From assembly GCA_963716945.1 (NCBI GenBank), contig OY970322.1, forward strand, positions 420,001-452,000: 32,000 nucleotides of DNA, read 5' to 3'. Origin of the DNA: Candidatus Saccharimonadota bacterium (GTDB lineage Bacteria; Patescibacteriota; Saccharimonadia; Saccharimonadales; UBA4665). How positions within the stretch are numbered: the stretch's first letter is position 1; each line of letters starts with the position of its first letter. Under the pieces are notes generated by a model. It made no database searches, had not been told where the DNA came from, and was given only the letters and a program-made list of their open reading frames with translations. Below, one piece after another: positions 1 to 8,320 of this stretch. A program made the translations under genes and the position numbers.

Positions 1-105
1 TCCCTATGGAGCCCCCTGATAGACGATCAGGTTGATAGGCGCAAGGTGTAAGCATGGCAACATGTGCAGCCGAAGCGTACTAATAGGGCCATTGACTTTT
101 TACGA
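1..105 (+). rRNA. rrl: 23S rRNA, 3'-terminal fragment (gene continues upstream of the window)
   Basis: GTTGATAGGCGCAAGGTGTAAGCATGGCAACATGTGCAGCCGAAGCGTACTAATAG closely parallels the conserved 3' end of bacterial 23S (E. coli GTTGATAGGCCGGGTGTGTAAGCGCAGCGATGCGTTGAGCTAACCGGTACTAATGA). The exact 3' end is approximate. Confidence 0.85.
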
Positions 106-203
106 CCTTTGATTCGCTTCGTTTACGGAGTTGGATCAAAGGTAGCAATTGGCTGGTTATTGGTGTTTAGCACCGATTACAGTCGTTTGTCTTAATTGGC
201 ATA

Positions 204-257
204 TTTCAAACATTTGAACTACGGCCTAAACACGGCCTACGTCCAAACGTTTGAAAA
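204..257 (+). repeat. Imperfect 16-bp stem in the 23S-5S spacer enclosing a tandem ACGGCCTA repeat
   Basis: TTTCAAACATTTGAAC (204-219) pairs with GTCCAAACGTTTGAAA (241-257) at 14 of 16 positions. The loop holds ACGGCCTA twice (221-228, 232-239). Confidence 0.6.
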
Positions 258-337
258 CGCCGCGTGAGCTGATCTTTAAGCCGTGATTTTGTAATCAATG
301 GACACCGATCAGGCGTCTCATCTACGGAGAGACGACC

Positions 338-454
338 TGATTGGTGCCCATAGCCCGAGGGCAACACCTGTTCCCATGCCGAACACAGCAGTTAAGCCTC
401 GGAGCGGTTACAATACTTGGGGTCCACCCCTGGGAAAATAGCACGGTGCCAAAT
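338..454 (+). rRNA. rrf: 5S rRNA
   Basis: CCCATGCCGAACACAGCAGTTAAGCC matches the conserved 5S loop B/helix III region. The terminal helix TTGGTGCC / GGTGCCAA closes the molecule. It lies downstream of the 23S end. ORF 341-568 is an artefact of this gene. Confidence 0.9.
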
Positions 455-461
455 TTTGAAG

Positions 462-494
462 AAGACTTCCGAAAGGAGGTCTTTTTCTTTTTTG
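462..494 (+). terminator. Intrinsic terminator of the rRNA operon
   Basis: 9-bp stem AAGACTTCC / GGAGGTCTT with a GAAA tetraloop, followed by TTTCTTTTTT. Confidence 0.8.
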
Positions 495-512
495 AGGGGG
501 TCTTATTGATAC

Positions 513-1118
513 CTAATAATTCCGCGCCGGCAGGCGGGCCTGCAGGTCGTCGAAGGCCGCTTGGCTGACTTCGCCCATGGGGTAGGCGCCGGTGGCTACG
601 TCCCTGACCGTAGTCGCCAGCCAGCGGTGTGTCAAGGCGGCCCCGGCCGCCGGGGCCGGCTCGGCCATATGGGGGACGTGCGCTATCTGCCGGAATACGA
701 GCGAGCCGGCCCCGAAGCCGTCGGCGTAAACCGGGCTGAAGGGGAAGTATTGGGCCAGGTCGCCGCGTTCGCCGAAAAACCCCGGGCCGCCGTAGCCCTC
801 CGGTTCGAATTGGCCCAAGGTTAAACAGATGACAGGGTCGCTGTCATTAGGGAAGCGGTCCAGCCGCCCGAACGAGGTTATGTGGTGCCGGCGATGGTGG
901 TGGGTTTCCCTGGAGGCCGCGATTCCCATAGCGTGGGCAGTCCGGGTTACCGCGTCCGACGCCTCGTGGCAGGCTTGGGAGCGGTGGATTGAGGCCGGTT
1001 TCTTGTTGCCGGGCTCCGCCAGGCCCAGCAGGGCCATCGTTTCCAGCAGCGCGTAAGCCTTAGCCATAATCTCGGCGGCGGCATCGTGATCGTTGACACC
1101 GATGGTTGTCTCGCTCAT
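513..1118 (-). CDS. Hypothetical protein, 201 aa, no family recognised
   Basis: The ORF fills the whole gap between the rRNA terminator and the KGG gene. The promoter TTGTTG-17-TACAAT ends 8 nt before its ATG. The overlapping + strand ORFs (561-824, 829-1056) are shorter and Arg/Gly/Trp-rich, like mirror frames. Confidence 0.55.
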   Translation of the reverse strand: MSETTIGVNDHDAAAEIMAKAYALLETMALLGLAEPGNKKPASIHRSQACHEASDAVTRTAHAMGIAASRETHHHRRHHITSFGRLDRFPNDSDPVICLTLGQFEPEGYGGPGFFGERGDLAQYFPFSPVYADGFGAGSLVFRQIAHVPHMAEPAPAAGAALTHRWLATTVRDVATGAYPMGEVSQAAFDDLQARLPARNY

Positions 1119-1126
1119 GGCCGTGA

Positions 1127-1155
1127 ATTGTAGCAGTTGCGGCGGCTGCCAACAA
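1127..1155 (-). promoter_or_regulatory. Sigma70-type promoter for CDS 513-1118; predicted near-leaderless transcript
   Basis: - strand TTGTTG (1155-1150), 17-nt spacer, TACAAT (1132-1127), then 8 nt to the ATG (1118). No SD is present. Confidence 0.55.
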
Positions 1156-1167
1156 CCCGAAATTTTA

Positions 1168-1196
1168 TTGACATGAGCGGGTTAGCGTGGTATCAT
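1168..1196 (+). promoter_or_regulatory. Sigma70-type promoter of the KGG-repeat stress gene
   Basis: TTGACA (1168-1173), 17-nt spacer, TATCAT (1191-1196). This predicts a ~94-nt 5'UTR with two tetraloop hairpins: ATTTC-GAAA-GAAAT at 1204-1217, and TGCCCG-TTCG-CGGGCA at 1230-1245 followed by a T6 run at 1252-1257. Confidence 0.6.
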
Positions 1197-1296
1197 AAGC
1201 ATGATTTCGAAAGAAATTAAGAGGGTTTTTGCCCGTTCGCGGGCAGGAGCCTTTTTTATTTCCTCGAGAGGCTAATAAAGTAAGGGAGTAACCACA

Positions 1297-1494
1297 ATGG
1301 CAGGAACTAAAGCTGGCGGCCGTGCCGCCGCCGCAACCAACAAGACCAAATATGGCGCGGATTTCTACGCCAAGATTGGTGCCAAGGGCGGTAGGCTCGG
1401 CCGGACCGGTGGCTTCTACGCCAACCGCGAACTGGCCCGAGCAGCCGGTGCCAAGGGCGGCCGCATCTCGCGGCGCACCAAGAAAAGCGCCTAA
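1297..1494 (+). CDS. KGG-repeat general stress protein (YciG/con-10-like), 65 aa
   Basis: Repeated KGG / GAKGG motifs (AKGGRLG, GAKGGRISRR) are typical of the stress-induced KGG repeat family. The SD AAGGGAG lies 8 nt upstream of the ATG. Confidence 0.8.
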   Translation: MAGTKAGGRAAAATNKTKYGADFYAKIGAKGGRLGRTGGFYANRELARAAGAKGGRISRRTKKSA

Positions 1495-1520
1495 GCCTGA
1501 GGCTTAAGGACCTTTTTGCG

Positions 1521-1555
1521 ACAAGCCCCCGCTTGAGCGGGGGCTTGTTGTTTGG
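1521..1555 (+). terminator. Intrinsic terminator after the KGG gene
   Basis: Perfect 12-bp stem ACAAGCCCCCGC / GCGGGGGCTTGT with loop TTGA, followed by TGTTTGG (a short T tract). Confidence 0.7.
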
Positions 1556-1562
1556 CGAGGGT

Positions 1563-2048
1563 TTAGAGGGCGGCGGCCGAAGTTTGCGGCACGTCTTTAC
1601 GGCGGCGGTAGGCCCGGCAGAAGCGGCTGGCCGTCACCCGCCAGGTGGTGTGGCAATTAAAACAACGATAATGGATAAAATCCCCCTGTTGGAGACATTT
1701 GGTAGAGCAGGTCGGGCAGATGCTGCGTTTGTACAGCCAATCGCGGTAGGTGTCGAGACAATCCTGGATATGGTCTTCGTCAATCGCCAGGCCCAAGCCG
1801 GCCGCCAGGCCGCGGGCTTTCTCCCAGGCGGCAACTTCCAGTTTGAGCAATTCGAAATCGGCCTTGTAGCTGCGGTGGTCGAGCAGGGCGTGGCCGGTTT
1901 CGTGCAGCAGTGACCAGACGGCGCGTTGGCCGCCGGCCTCGGCCCTATAGAATATTTCACCGGTTTCCGGCGACCAGTAAAACTGCCGGCCGGGGGTGAA
2001 GTCCAGCTCCGGAAATTCGGTTCGCAGCCGGGCTATGAGTTTATCCAT
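1563..2048 (-). CDS. HExxH zinc-metallopeptidase-like protein with a C-terminal CxxC...CxxC zinc ribbon (function unknown)
   Basis: HETGH motif plus CPTC...CFNC. The start is taken as ATG 2048 (MDKLIARL), which overlaps the ROK stop in ATGGATAA (translational coupling). The track start at 2075 is an alternative. Confidence 0.7.
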   Translation of the reverse strand: MDKLIARLRTEFPELDFTPGRQFYWSPETGEIFYRAEAGGQRAVWSLLHETGHALLDHRSYKADFELLKLEVAAWEKARGLAAGLGLAIDEDHIQDCLDTYRDWLYKRSICPTCSTKCLQQGDFIHYRCFNCHTTWRVTASRFCRAYRRRKDVPQTSAAAL

Positions 2049-2862
2049 CGGCGTAGACCTGCTTGGCGAGGTCATAACAGCCGTAGATTACGGCTTCGTC
2101 CGGACGTTTGGCCGGCAGGATGGCCGCCGGCCGCCGGACGACCGGGTGCAAGTGCTGCGACAGGAATTCAAGGATGATACCGCCGAACTTGTCGGCGTGG
2201 GCGCCGACGCTGCCGCCGAGAATAATCACTTCGGGCTGGATAACCGAACAAACCGCGCCGAGGCCGTAAGCGATGTTCTCGCCGATGACCCGCCAGGTGG
2301 CCGGGTCGGTAATCTCGTCGGCCCGCTGGTTGAAGCGCTTGACGACGCCGCGGCCGCCGGCAAACTCTTCCCACTGGATGTATTCGCCGTCGTGCAACAA
2401 GGGCATTTTGCCCATTTCGGTGTCGCGGAGGGCGGCGGCGATGCGGCCTTTCTGGATGAAGGCGCCGCCGATGCCGGTGCTGACGGTCATGAAGAGGATG
2501 TCGTCGTACTTGTCCATGATTAGCCGGGCCTCCGATAGGCCGGCCAGGCGCGAGTCGTTCTCGATGGTGACCGGCGCGCCGCCAAGGAGTTTGGAGATAT
2601 CGTCGCGGATCGGTTTGTCGTGCCAGGGCAGGTTGCCCAAGGCATGGACGGTGCCGGCCTGCCTGTCCAGCAGTCCGGGGACGCCGGCGCAGCAAAAGAG
2701 CCGGCCGTCGAGCTGCAGCTGGCGCAAGTTCTCGTCCAGGTCCTTCAGGAACGCCGCGTAGTCGTGGTTGGAGGGGAAGTGGCGGCTGTCAATAATCTTG
2801 CCCTTGTCGGACAGCTTGGCTACCAGTGTTTTGGTGCCGCCGATATCGATCCCCACGTACAT
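2041..2862 (-). CDS. ROK-family sugar kinase (glucokinase-like; no N-terminal HTH)
   Basis: N-terminal MYVGIDIGGTKT actin-fold ATPase motif. ROK-like core (GxGGG, CxCG-type region replaced). Length 273 aa. Confidence 0.85.
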   Translation of the reverse strand: MYVGIDIGGTKTLVAKLSDKGKIIDSRHFPSNHDYAAFLKDLDENLRQLQLDGRLFCCAGVPGLLDRQAGTVHALGNLPWHDKPIRDDISKLLGGAPVTIENDSRLAGLSEARLIMDKYDDILFMTVSTGIGGAFIQKGRIAAALRDTEMGKMPLLHDGEYIQWEEFAGGRGVVKRFNQRADEITDPATWRVIGENIAYGLGAVCSVIQPEVIILGGSVGAHADKFGGIILEFLSQHLHPVVRRPAAILPAKRPDEAVIYGCYDLAKQVYADG

Positions 2863-2935
2863 GCTGCCAGTTTATCATATTTAATAAATGTCGCCGGTCA
2901 GCCGGCCGGCCGGCAACAGGGCCGGGGCCGGTGTC

Positions 2936-2964
2936 TTTACTAACCGCGGCTTATCAGATACAAT
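2936..2964 (+). promoter_or_regulatory. Promoter of rpsA
   Basis: TTTACT-17-TACAAT. It predicts a ~107-nt leader in which a CCTCC-containing hairpin (AAACGGAAG...CCTCCGTTT) could pair with the SD GGAGG. Confidence 0.55.
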
Positions 2965-3077
2965 AGAAGTAATCTTACAGTCAGCAAACTAACTGGTGTT
3001 AAGTGAAAAACGGAAGTTTTTGAACGAAGCCTCCGTTTGCGGCTGAAGAAATACATTTACGAAGGAGGCATGGGGAC

Positions 3078-4181
3078 ATGTCAACAAAAGCATTAACGAT
3101 GGACGAGCTGCTGGCCGGCAGCGACGTTACCGGTTTGAGCGCCGGCGACACCGTCGAAGGCGTAGTTACGTCAATTAAGAAAAACGAGGTCTGGATCGAC
3201 CTGGGCGCCGCCGGTGTCGGGGTGGTCCTGCGCCGGGAGATCGGCTACGGCCAAAAACTCGAGCCCGGCCAAACCGTCACGGTCAGCGTTATCGACCCCG
3301 AAATCGAAGAGGGCCACGCCCTGCTCAGCATGAAGCGGGCCGTTAAGGACCGCGGCTGGGACGAGCTGCAACGGGTCCACGAGGCCAACGAAATCGTCGA
3401 GGTCGTACCCTACGACGCCAACCGGGGCGGCCTGCTGGTCGAGCTGGAAGGCATCCGCGGCTTCCTGCCGGTATCGCAGCTGGCAGCCGGCCACTACCCG
3501 CGGGTCAGCGGCGCCGACAAGGACGAAATTCTCCAGAAACTGCACGCCCTGACTAACAAGGCCCTGCGCGTTCGGGTGCTGGACGTCAGCCGCAAGGACA
3601 ACAAGCTTATCTTCTCCGAGAAGGAAGCCGTCAAAGACGACATGCAGGCCCGCTTCAGCGAGCTTAAGGTCGGCGACGTCGTCGAAGGCGTCGTTACCGG
3701 CGTGATCGACTTCGGCGCTTTCGTTAACGTCGAAGGTATCGAGGGCTTGGTCCACATTTCCGAGATTTCCTGGGAGCGGGTCGACAACCCCCGCAACTAC
3801 GTCAAAGTCGGCGAAACCGTCAAAGCCAAGATCATCGGCATCGACAAGGACCGCCTCAGCCTGAGCATCAAACAGATGAGCGAAGATCCCTGGCTGGACC
3901 AGGTCAAAGCCTTCAAGGCCGGCGATGTTGTCGAGGGTAAGGTTACCCGCATCACGCCTTTCGGGGCTTTCGTCCAGATCAGCCCGAGTGTCGAGGCGCT
4001 GGTCCACGTTTCGGAAATGAGCGATGACGACGCGGTCGACCCCGAGAAGCTGTTCCAGCTGAACGAGAAGAAGCAGTTCAAAGTCCTCGATATCGATACC
4101 GAGAACCGCAAGATTGCCCTGTCCCTCAAGGACGCCAAGTCCAAGCCGAAGCCCAAAGCTAAAGCCGAAACCAAGAAATAG
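3078..4181 (+). CDS. rpsA: 30S ribosomal protein S1 (four S1 domains)
   Basis: Repeated S1/OB motifs (G..V.G.V..I...G.FV.L.....G..H.S). SD AAGGAGG. Confidence 0.9.
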   Translation: MSTKALTMDELLAGSDVTGLSAGDTVEGVVTSIKKNEVWIDLGAAGVGVVLRREIGYGQKLEPGQTVTVSVIDPEIEEGHALLSMKRAVKDRGWDELQRVHEANEIVEVVPYDANRGGLLVELEGIRGFLPVSQLAAGHYPRVSGADKDEILQKLHALTNKALRVRVLDVSRKDNKLIFSEKEAVKDDMQARFSELKVGDVVEGVVTGVIDFGAFVNVEGIEGLVHISEISWERVDNPRNYVKVGETVKAKIIGIDKDRLSLSIKQMSEDPWLDQVKAFKAGDVVEGKVTRITPFGAFVQISPSVEALVHVSEMSDDDAVDPEKLFQLNEKKQFKVLDIDTENRKIALSLKDAKSKPKPKAKAETKK

Positions 4182-4229
4182 CATGCGTACGTAAAGTTAG
4201 CGGCCGGGAGGCCAGAAAGGAGTGTCGGC

Positions 4230-5999
4230 ATGAGTGACCAAACCACTATCGAAATCGAAGACATGATTACCGTCGGCACCCTGGCCGAACGGTTGTCCAT
4301 ACCCGTTTCCAGCCTGATTGGCGAACTGATGAAAAACGGTGTTATGGCGACCGTCAACGAACGGATCGACTTCGATACCGCCCAGATTATAGTCGATGAA
4401 CTCAAGCTGGATATCAAACTGGCCAAACGGGCCGCGCCCGAAGCTTCGGCGACTAAGCGGGCCAAGCCGGCCGCCAGCGCCACGGCCGCCAGCCGGCCGC
4501 CGGTCGTGGCCGTCATGGGCCACGTCGACCACGGCAAAACCAGCCTGCTGGACGCCATCCGCGGCGCCGACGTCGTCAAGGGCGAAGCCGGCGGCATTAC
4601 CCAGCATATTTCGGCCTACCAGGTTAAGCATGACGGCCGGGACATTACTTTTCTCGATACGCCGGGGCATGAGGCGTTCGCGGCCATTCGCGAACACGGG
4701 GCCTTGCTGACCGATATCGTCATTATCGTCGTGGCGGCCGATGACGGTATTAAGCCGCAGACCGTCGAAGCCATCCGTTTCGCCAAGAAAGCCGGCGTTA
4801 AGATTATCGTCGCCATCAACAAGATCGACAAAGAGGGCGCCGACCTCAACCGCATCAAGCAGCAATTATCCGAAAATGACCTCTTGATCGAGGAGTGGGG
4901 CGGCGACACCGTCGTCGTGCCGGTCTCGGCCAAGACCAAAGAGGGCATCCCCGACCTGCTGAACATGATCCTGCTGGTCACCGACGTCGAGGAGCTCAAA
5001 GCCGACACCGACGTCCAGCCCAGAGGTCTAATTATAGAGGCCCACGTCGAGCAGGGCCGCGGTCCGGTCGCCCACGCGCTGGTCGAAGCCGGCACGCTCA
5101 AGCCGGGGGATTTCATCGTCGCCGGCGGCAGTTACGCCAAGATCCGCAACCTTGAGACGACCGAGGGCAAACCGCTCAAGCAGGCCACGCCGTCGATGCC
5201 GGTCACTATTACCGGTTTCAAGACTTTGCCGGAGTTCGGCGACGAATTCACAGCCGCCAGCAATGAGAAAACGGCCCGTGCCGAAGCTTCCAAGACCGCC
5301 GCCGACAAACAGTCGACCGACGGCCACCTCGACATCGGCAGCTCCGAACTGATCCGGCTGATCAACCGCGACAACGCCATGCAGGAACTAAACATCATCG
5401 TCAAGGCCGACGTCCAGGGTTCCCTGACATCGGTTATAGACAGCCTCAAGGCCTTGGACACCGAGGAAGTTTCGGTCCGCATAGTCGGTTCCGGCATCGG
5501 CCCGGTCGGCGAGAACGACCTCCACCTGGCCCATACCAGCCACGCCATCGTTTACGGCTTCAATGTCGGCCTGTCGGCCAGCAGCCGCCAGCAAGCCGCC
5601 CGTGACAAGATAAAGATCCATCTCTACAAGGTCATCTACGAACTGATTGACGACGTCAAGGCCGAACTGTCCAACCTGCTCAGCCCGGAGATCGTCGAAA
5701 CCGAACTCGGCCGGTTGGTCATCAAAGGCATCTTCAATACGACCAAGTCTGCCGTTATCTGCGGCGGGGAAGTCACCAAAGGCAAGCTGACCGTGCCGGC
5801 CCTGGCCCGCGTCTCGCGCGACGGCGAGGAGCTGATGGAAGTCGAAGTCACCGGCCTGAAACGCGGCCCGGCCGAAGCCAAAGAAGTCGTGGAGGGCGAA
5901 ATGTGCGGCCTCAGCCTCAAGACGCCCAAGCGCCTCGACCTCCAGGAAGGCGACCGTGTCGACGTCTTCACCCGGGAGGCTATCCAGCGCCAGCTATAG
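4230..5999 (+). CDS. infB: Translation initiation factor IF-2 (short form, 589 aa)
   Basis: G-domain motifs GHVDHGKT, DTPGH and NKID. IF-2 C-terminal domains are present. SD AAGGAG. Confidence 0.95.
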   Translation: MSDQTTIEIEDMITVGTLAERLSIPVSSLIGELMKNGVMATVNERIDFDTAQIIVDELKLDIKLAKRAAPEASATKRAKPAASATAASRPPVVAVMGHVDHGKTSLLDAIRGADVVKGEAGGITQHISAYQVKHDGRDITFLDTPGHEAFAAIREHGALLTDIVIIVVAADDGIKPQTVEAIRFAKKAGVKIIVAINKIDKEGADLNRIKQQLSENDLLIEEWGGDTVVVPVSAKTKEGIPDLLNMILLVTDVEELKADTDVQPRGLIIEAHVEQGRGPVAHALVEAGTLKPGDFIVAGGSYAKIRNLETTEGKPLKQATPSMPVTITGFKTLPEFGDEFTAASNEKTARAEASKTAADKQSTDGHLDIGSSELIRLINRDNAMQELNIIVKADVQGSLTSVIDSLKALDTEEVSVRIVGSGIGPVGENDLHLAHTSHAIVYGFNVGLSASSRQQAARDKIKIHLYKVIYELIDDVKAELSNLLSPEIVETELGRLVIKGIFNTTKSAVICGGEVTKGKLTVPALARVSRDGEELMEVEVTGLKRGPAEAKEVVEGEMCGLSLKTPKRLDLQEGDRVDVFTREAIQRQL

Positions 6000-6049
6000 G
6001 CCGTCTTACGGGGGCGGTAGGGCCGCTTGAGGAAAATAATAAGGGACAA

Positions 6050-6058
6050 TGATACAAT
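6050..6058 (+). promoter_or_regulatory. Extended -10 promoter (TGaTACAAT) 6 nt upstream of ATG 6065; predicted leaderless mRNA
   Basis: TG-n-TACAAT at 6050-6058, then AGCTTT, then the ATG. No SD is present. Confidence 0.5.
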
Positions 6059-6064
6059 AGCTTT

Positions 6065-6778
6065 ATGTTAAAAATCGATAACAGTTTACTGGTTGAGATC
6101 GGTCTGGGCAGCCTGCCCGAAGCCGAGAAGAATAATTTCCTCAAACACATCTACGAAACCCTGGAGATGCGGGTCGGTGTCCGCCTGGCCGACCAAATGA
6201 CCAACCAGCAGCTTGACGAGTTTGAGCGTTACTTCGAGGCCAAAGATGACGCCGGCGCTTTCAAATGGCTGGAGACCAACTTCCCGAACTACAAGGAAAT
6301 CGTCCAGCAGGAATTCGACAAGCTCAAGGCCGAGGTCGCCCAGTCGGCACCGCAAATCCTGGCCACCAGCCAGGGCGGCCAGCCCCAGGCGCCGCCGCAG
6401 GCCCAGTTCCAGACTCCGGTCCAGCCCCAAGCCCAGGTATCAACGCCGCCCCAGCCAGCTTTTCAGCAGGCACCGGCACCGGCGGCCCCCCCTCAGCCGC
6501 AGTCGTCTTTTGGCCAGCCCCAGCAGCCCTTGGCTCCGCCGCCCGTAGCCCCGCCGACCCCGGGTTTCAGTGCGCCTGCGCCGTTGCCGCCTTCGCCGCC
6601 CCAGCAACCGCAGCCTTATAGCGGCCAGCCCCAGCCGGCCGCGCCGCCGCAACCGTCACCGTTCCCCAGTCCTGCCCCGAACCCTATGCCTGACCCGGGT
6701 CCGGCCCCGGTCCAGCCCCAGGCGCCGCCGTTTCCGCAGCAGCAGCCGCCCGCCGGACCGCCCGCCCAGCAGTTCTAG
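6065..6778 (+). CDS. DUF5663-like protein with a long Pro/Gln-rich low-complexity C-terminal half
   Basis: The N-terminus MLKIDNSLLVEIGLGSLPEAEKNNFLKHIYETLEMRVG resembles the DUF5663 proteins I recall from Saccharibacteria (from memory, unverified). Residues ~100-237 are PQ-rich. Confidence 0.65.
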   Translation: MLKIDNSLLVEIGLGSLPEAEKNNFLKHIYETLEMRVGVRLADQMTNQQLDEFERYFEAKDDAGAFKWLETNFPNYKEIVQQEFDKLKAEVAQSAPQILATSQGGQPQAPPQAQFQTPVQPQAQVSTPPQPAFQQAPAPAAPPQPQSSFGQPQQPLAPPPVAPPTPGFSAPAPLPPSPPQQPQPYSGQPQPAAPPQPSPFPSPAPNPMPDPGPAPVQPQAPPFPQQQPPAGPPAQQF

Positions 6779-7695
6779 TTGAGTTTGTGGCCGGCTAAGA
6801 AGGCTTCGCCCGACATCTCGTTTTTGCCGGCCGGAATAAGCTTATCGATAACCAGAATATCCTGCCCGCAGGCCATAGCCAGGCGGTTGGCTGAACCAGC
6901 TTGTGGTTTGCCGGGCTCGCCTTGCCCCTTTTCGACATGCGATTCCGTGATAATTACGTCTGTCGCGCCTAGCTTGGCGCGGCTGCGCGGCCAGCCGGCG
7001 TAGGCCCGGACTTCGCGTTCCAGCCTGGCGGCCGGTTTGGCCCAGTCGATCCGGCCGTCGGCTTTATGGATTAAATGGTCATAGGTGGCGCCCTCGGCGG
7101 CTTGCGGCCGAGGCTCGGCCGAACCGTCAATTACCTTCGGCAAATATTCCAGCACCATGTCGACGCCTATAGCCGACAATTGGTTGGCCAGGCCCTGCTT
7201 AGTCTCGGTTCCCCCGAGATCAACCGTTTGCTGGGAGTAAATCGGCCCGGTGTCCATCTCGGCGCTCAGGCCCATGAGTGAGACCCCGGTCCGGCTATCG
7301 CCGTCCAGAATCGCGTTCTCGATCGGCGTCGGCCCCCGGTGCAATGGCAACAGGGAAGGGTGGATATTGATGATGCCGCGCGGGAACAGGTCCAAGACAA
7401 CTTTAGGCACTATCTTGCCGTAGGCAATCAGGACCGCCGCTTCGGCCCCGAAACCGGCCAGCTGGCCGCCGGCGGCCGCCAGGTCGGGCGGCGACAACAG
7501 CGGCAGCCCGTACTGGGCGGCGATGACCGCTACTTCGAGCTGGCGTTCGTTGCGCGATTTGGCCGTTTCGGCCTGGGCGACAACGACGGCCGCCACGTCA
7601 TAACCGCTGGTCAGCAGCGCCTGCAGCGTCGATACGCCGCTGTGGACGCCGGTGGCCAGGCGCTCGTTACCAAAGAATAGGATTCTTTTCGACAT
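6775..7695 (-). CDS. fmt: Methionyl-tRNA formyltransferase
   Basis: Formyltransferase fold (HPSLLP motif). The start is taken as ATG 7695 (MSKRILFFGNERL). The track start at 7809 would run 115 nt into def. Confidence 0.9.
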   Translation of the reverse strand: MSKRILFFGNERLATGVHSGVSTLQALLTSGYDVAAVVVAQAETAKSRNERQLEVAVIAAQYGLPLLSPPDLAAAGGQLAGFGAEAAVLIAYGKIVPKVVLDLFPRGIINIHPSLLPLHRGPTPIENAILDGDSRTGVSLMGLSAEMDTGPIYSQQTVDLGGTETKQGLANQLSAIGVDMVLEYLPKVIDGSAEPRPQAAEGATYDHLIHKADGRIDWAKPAARLEREVRAYAGWPRSRAKLGATDVIITESHVEKGQGEPGKPQAGSANRLAMACGQDILVIDKLIPAGKNEMSGEAFLAGHKLN

Positions 7696-8239
7696 CTTTT
7701 TTGTAGTCCAGCGGTTGTAACTTACCATCTTTATCCAGTTCGAAGAAAGCTTCGGTCCGGTCCTTGATCCGGTCAATGAAAACCAGGCCGTCGCAGTGGT
7801 CGATCTCATGCTGAAAAATGCGGGCCAGGAAGCCCTCGGCGGTGACCCGGAACTCCTTGCCGTTGAGGCCCAGGGCCTTAACCCTGACCTTGCTGTGGCG
7901 GGGGACTTTGCCGTAAATATTCGGGACGCTCAGGCAGCCTTCGAAGTCTTCGACGATTTCGCCCTCCAGCTTGGCGATCTGGGGGTTGATGAAGACGGTG
8001 AAGCTGTGGTCATCCTTGTCGTTGTAATTAGTGCGAACCACGACTATTTTGTACAAGCGGTCTATCTGAACGGCTGCCAGGGCTACGCCGACCTCATGGG
8101 CCCGGCTCTGGTCCCAGTCGATTGTTGCACTTTCCATATCGGCCACTATCTGCTTTATTTCAGGGGTAATAATCCCAACTCGTTGTGATTTTTGCCTCAA
8201 ATGCGGATTGGGCAGCGCGATGATGTCGTCTTTGGTCAT
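7667..8239 (-). CDS. def: Peptide deformylase
   Basis: The three PDF motifs are present: GVALAAVQ, EGCLSVP and HEIDH. def-fmt operon order. Confidence 0.95.
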   Translation of the reverse strand: MTKDDIIALPNPHLRQKSQRVGIITPEIKQIVADMESATIDWDQSRAHEVGVALAAVQIDRLYKIVVVRTNYNDKDDHSFTVFINPQIAKLEGEIVEDFEGCLSVPNIYGKVPRHSKVRVKALGLNGKEFRVTAEGFLARIFQHEIDHCDGLVFIDRIKDRTEAFFELDKDGKLQPLDYKKDVEKNPILW

Positions 8240-8285
8240 AATACTGTCGTCAAGTATACCTGAATTGCCAGATTACATTAAGGCA

Positions 8286-8314
8286 TTGATTTTTTATATA
8301 ATATAGTTTATTAT
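8286..8314 (+). promoter_or_regulatory. Promoter of the lipoprotein gene; predicted leaderless
   Basis: TTGATT-17-TATTAT, then 6 nt (ATTAGC), then ATG 8321. It sits in an AT-rich 80-bp gap. Confidence 0.5.
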
Positions 8315-8320
8315 ATTAGC

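Noticed and set aside
341-568. 75-aa ORF on the + strand
   Set aside because: It lies on top of the 5S rRNA gene and its terminator. The composition is not protein-like.
3171-4184. Long antisense ORFs opposite rpsA and infB (3171-4184, 3797-4597, 4197-4865, 4616-5116 and others)
   Set aside because: These are mirror-frame ORFs typical of GC-rich coding DNA. The sense-strand genes have unambiguous family motifs. The antisense products are low-complexity (Leu/Val/Asp/Gly or Ser/Thr/Ala runs) with no SD or promoter.
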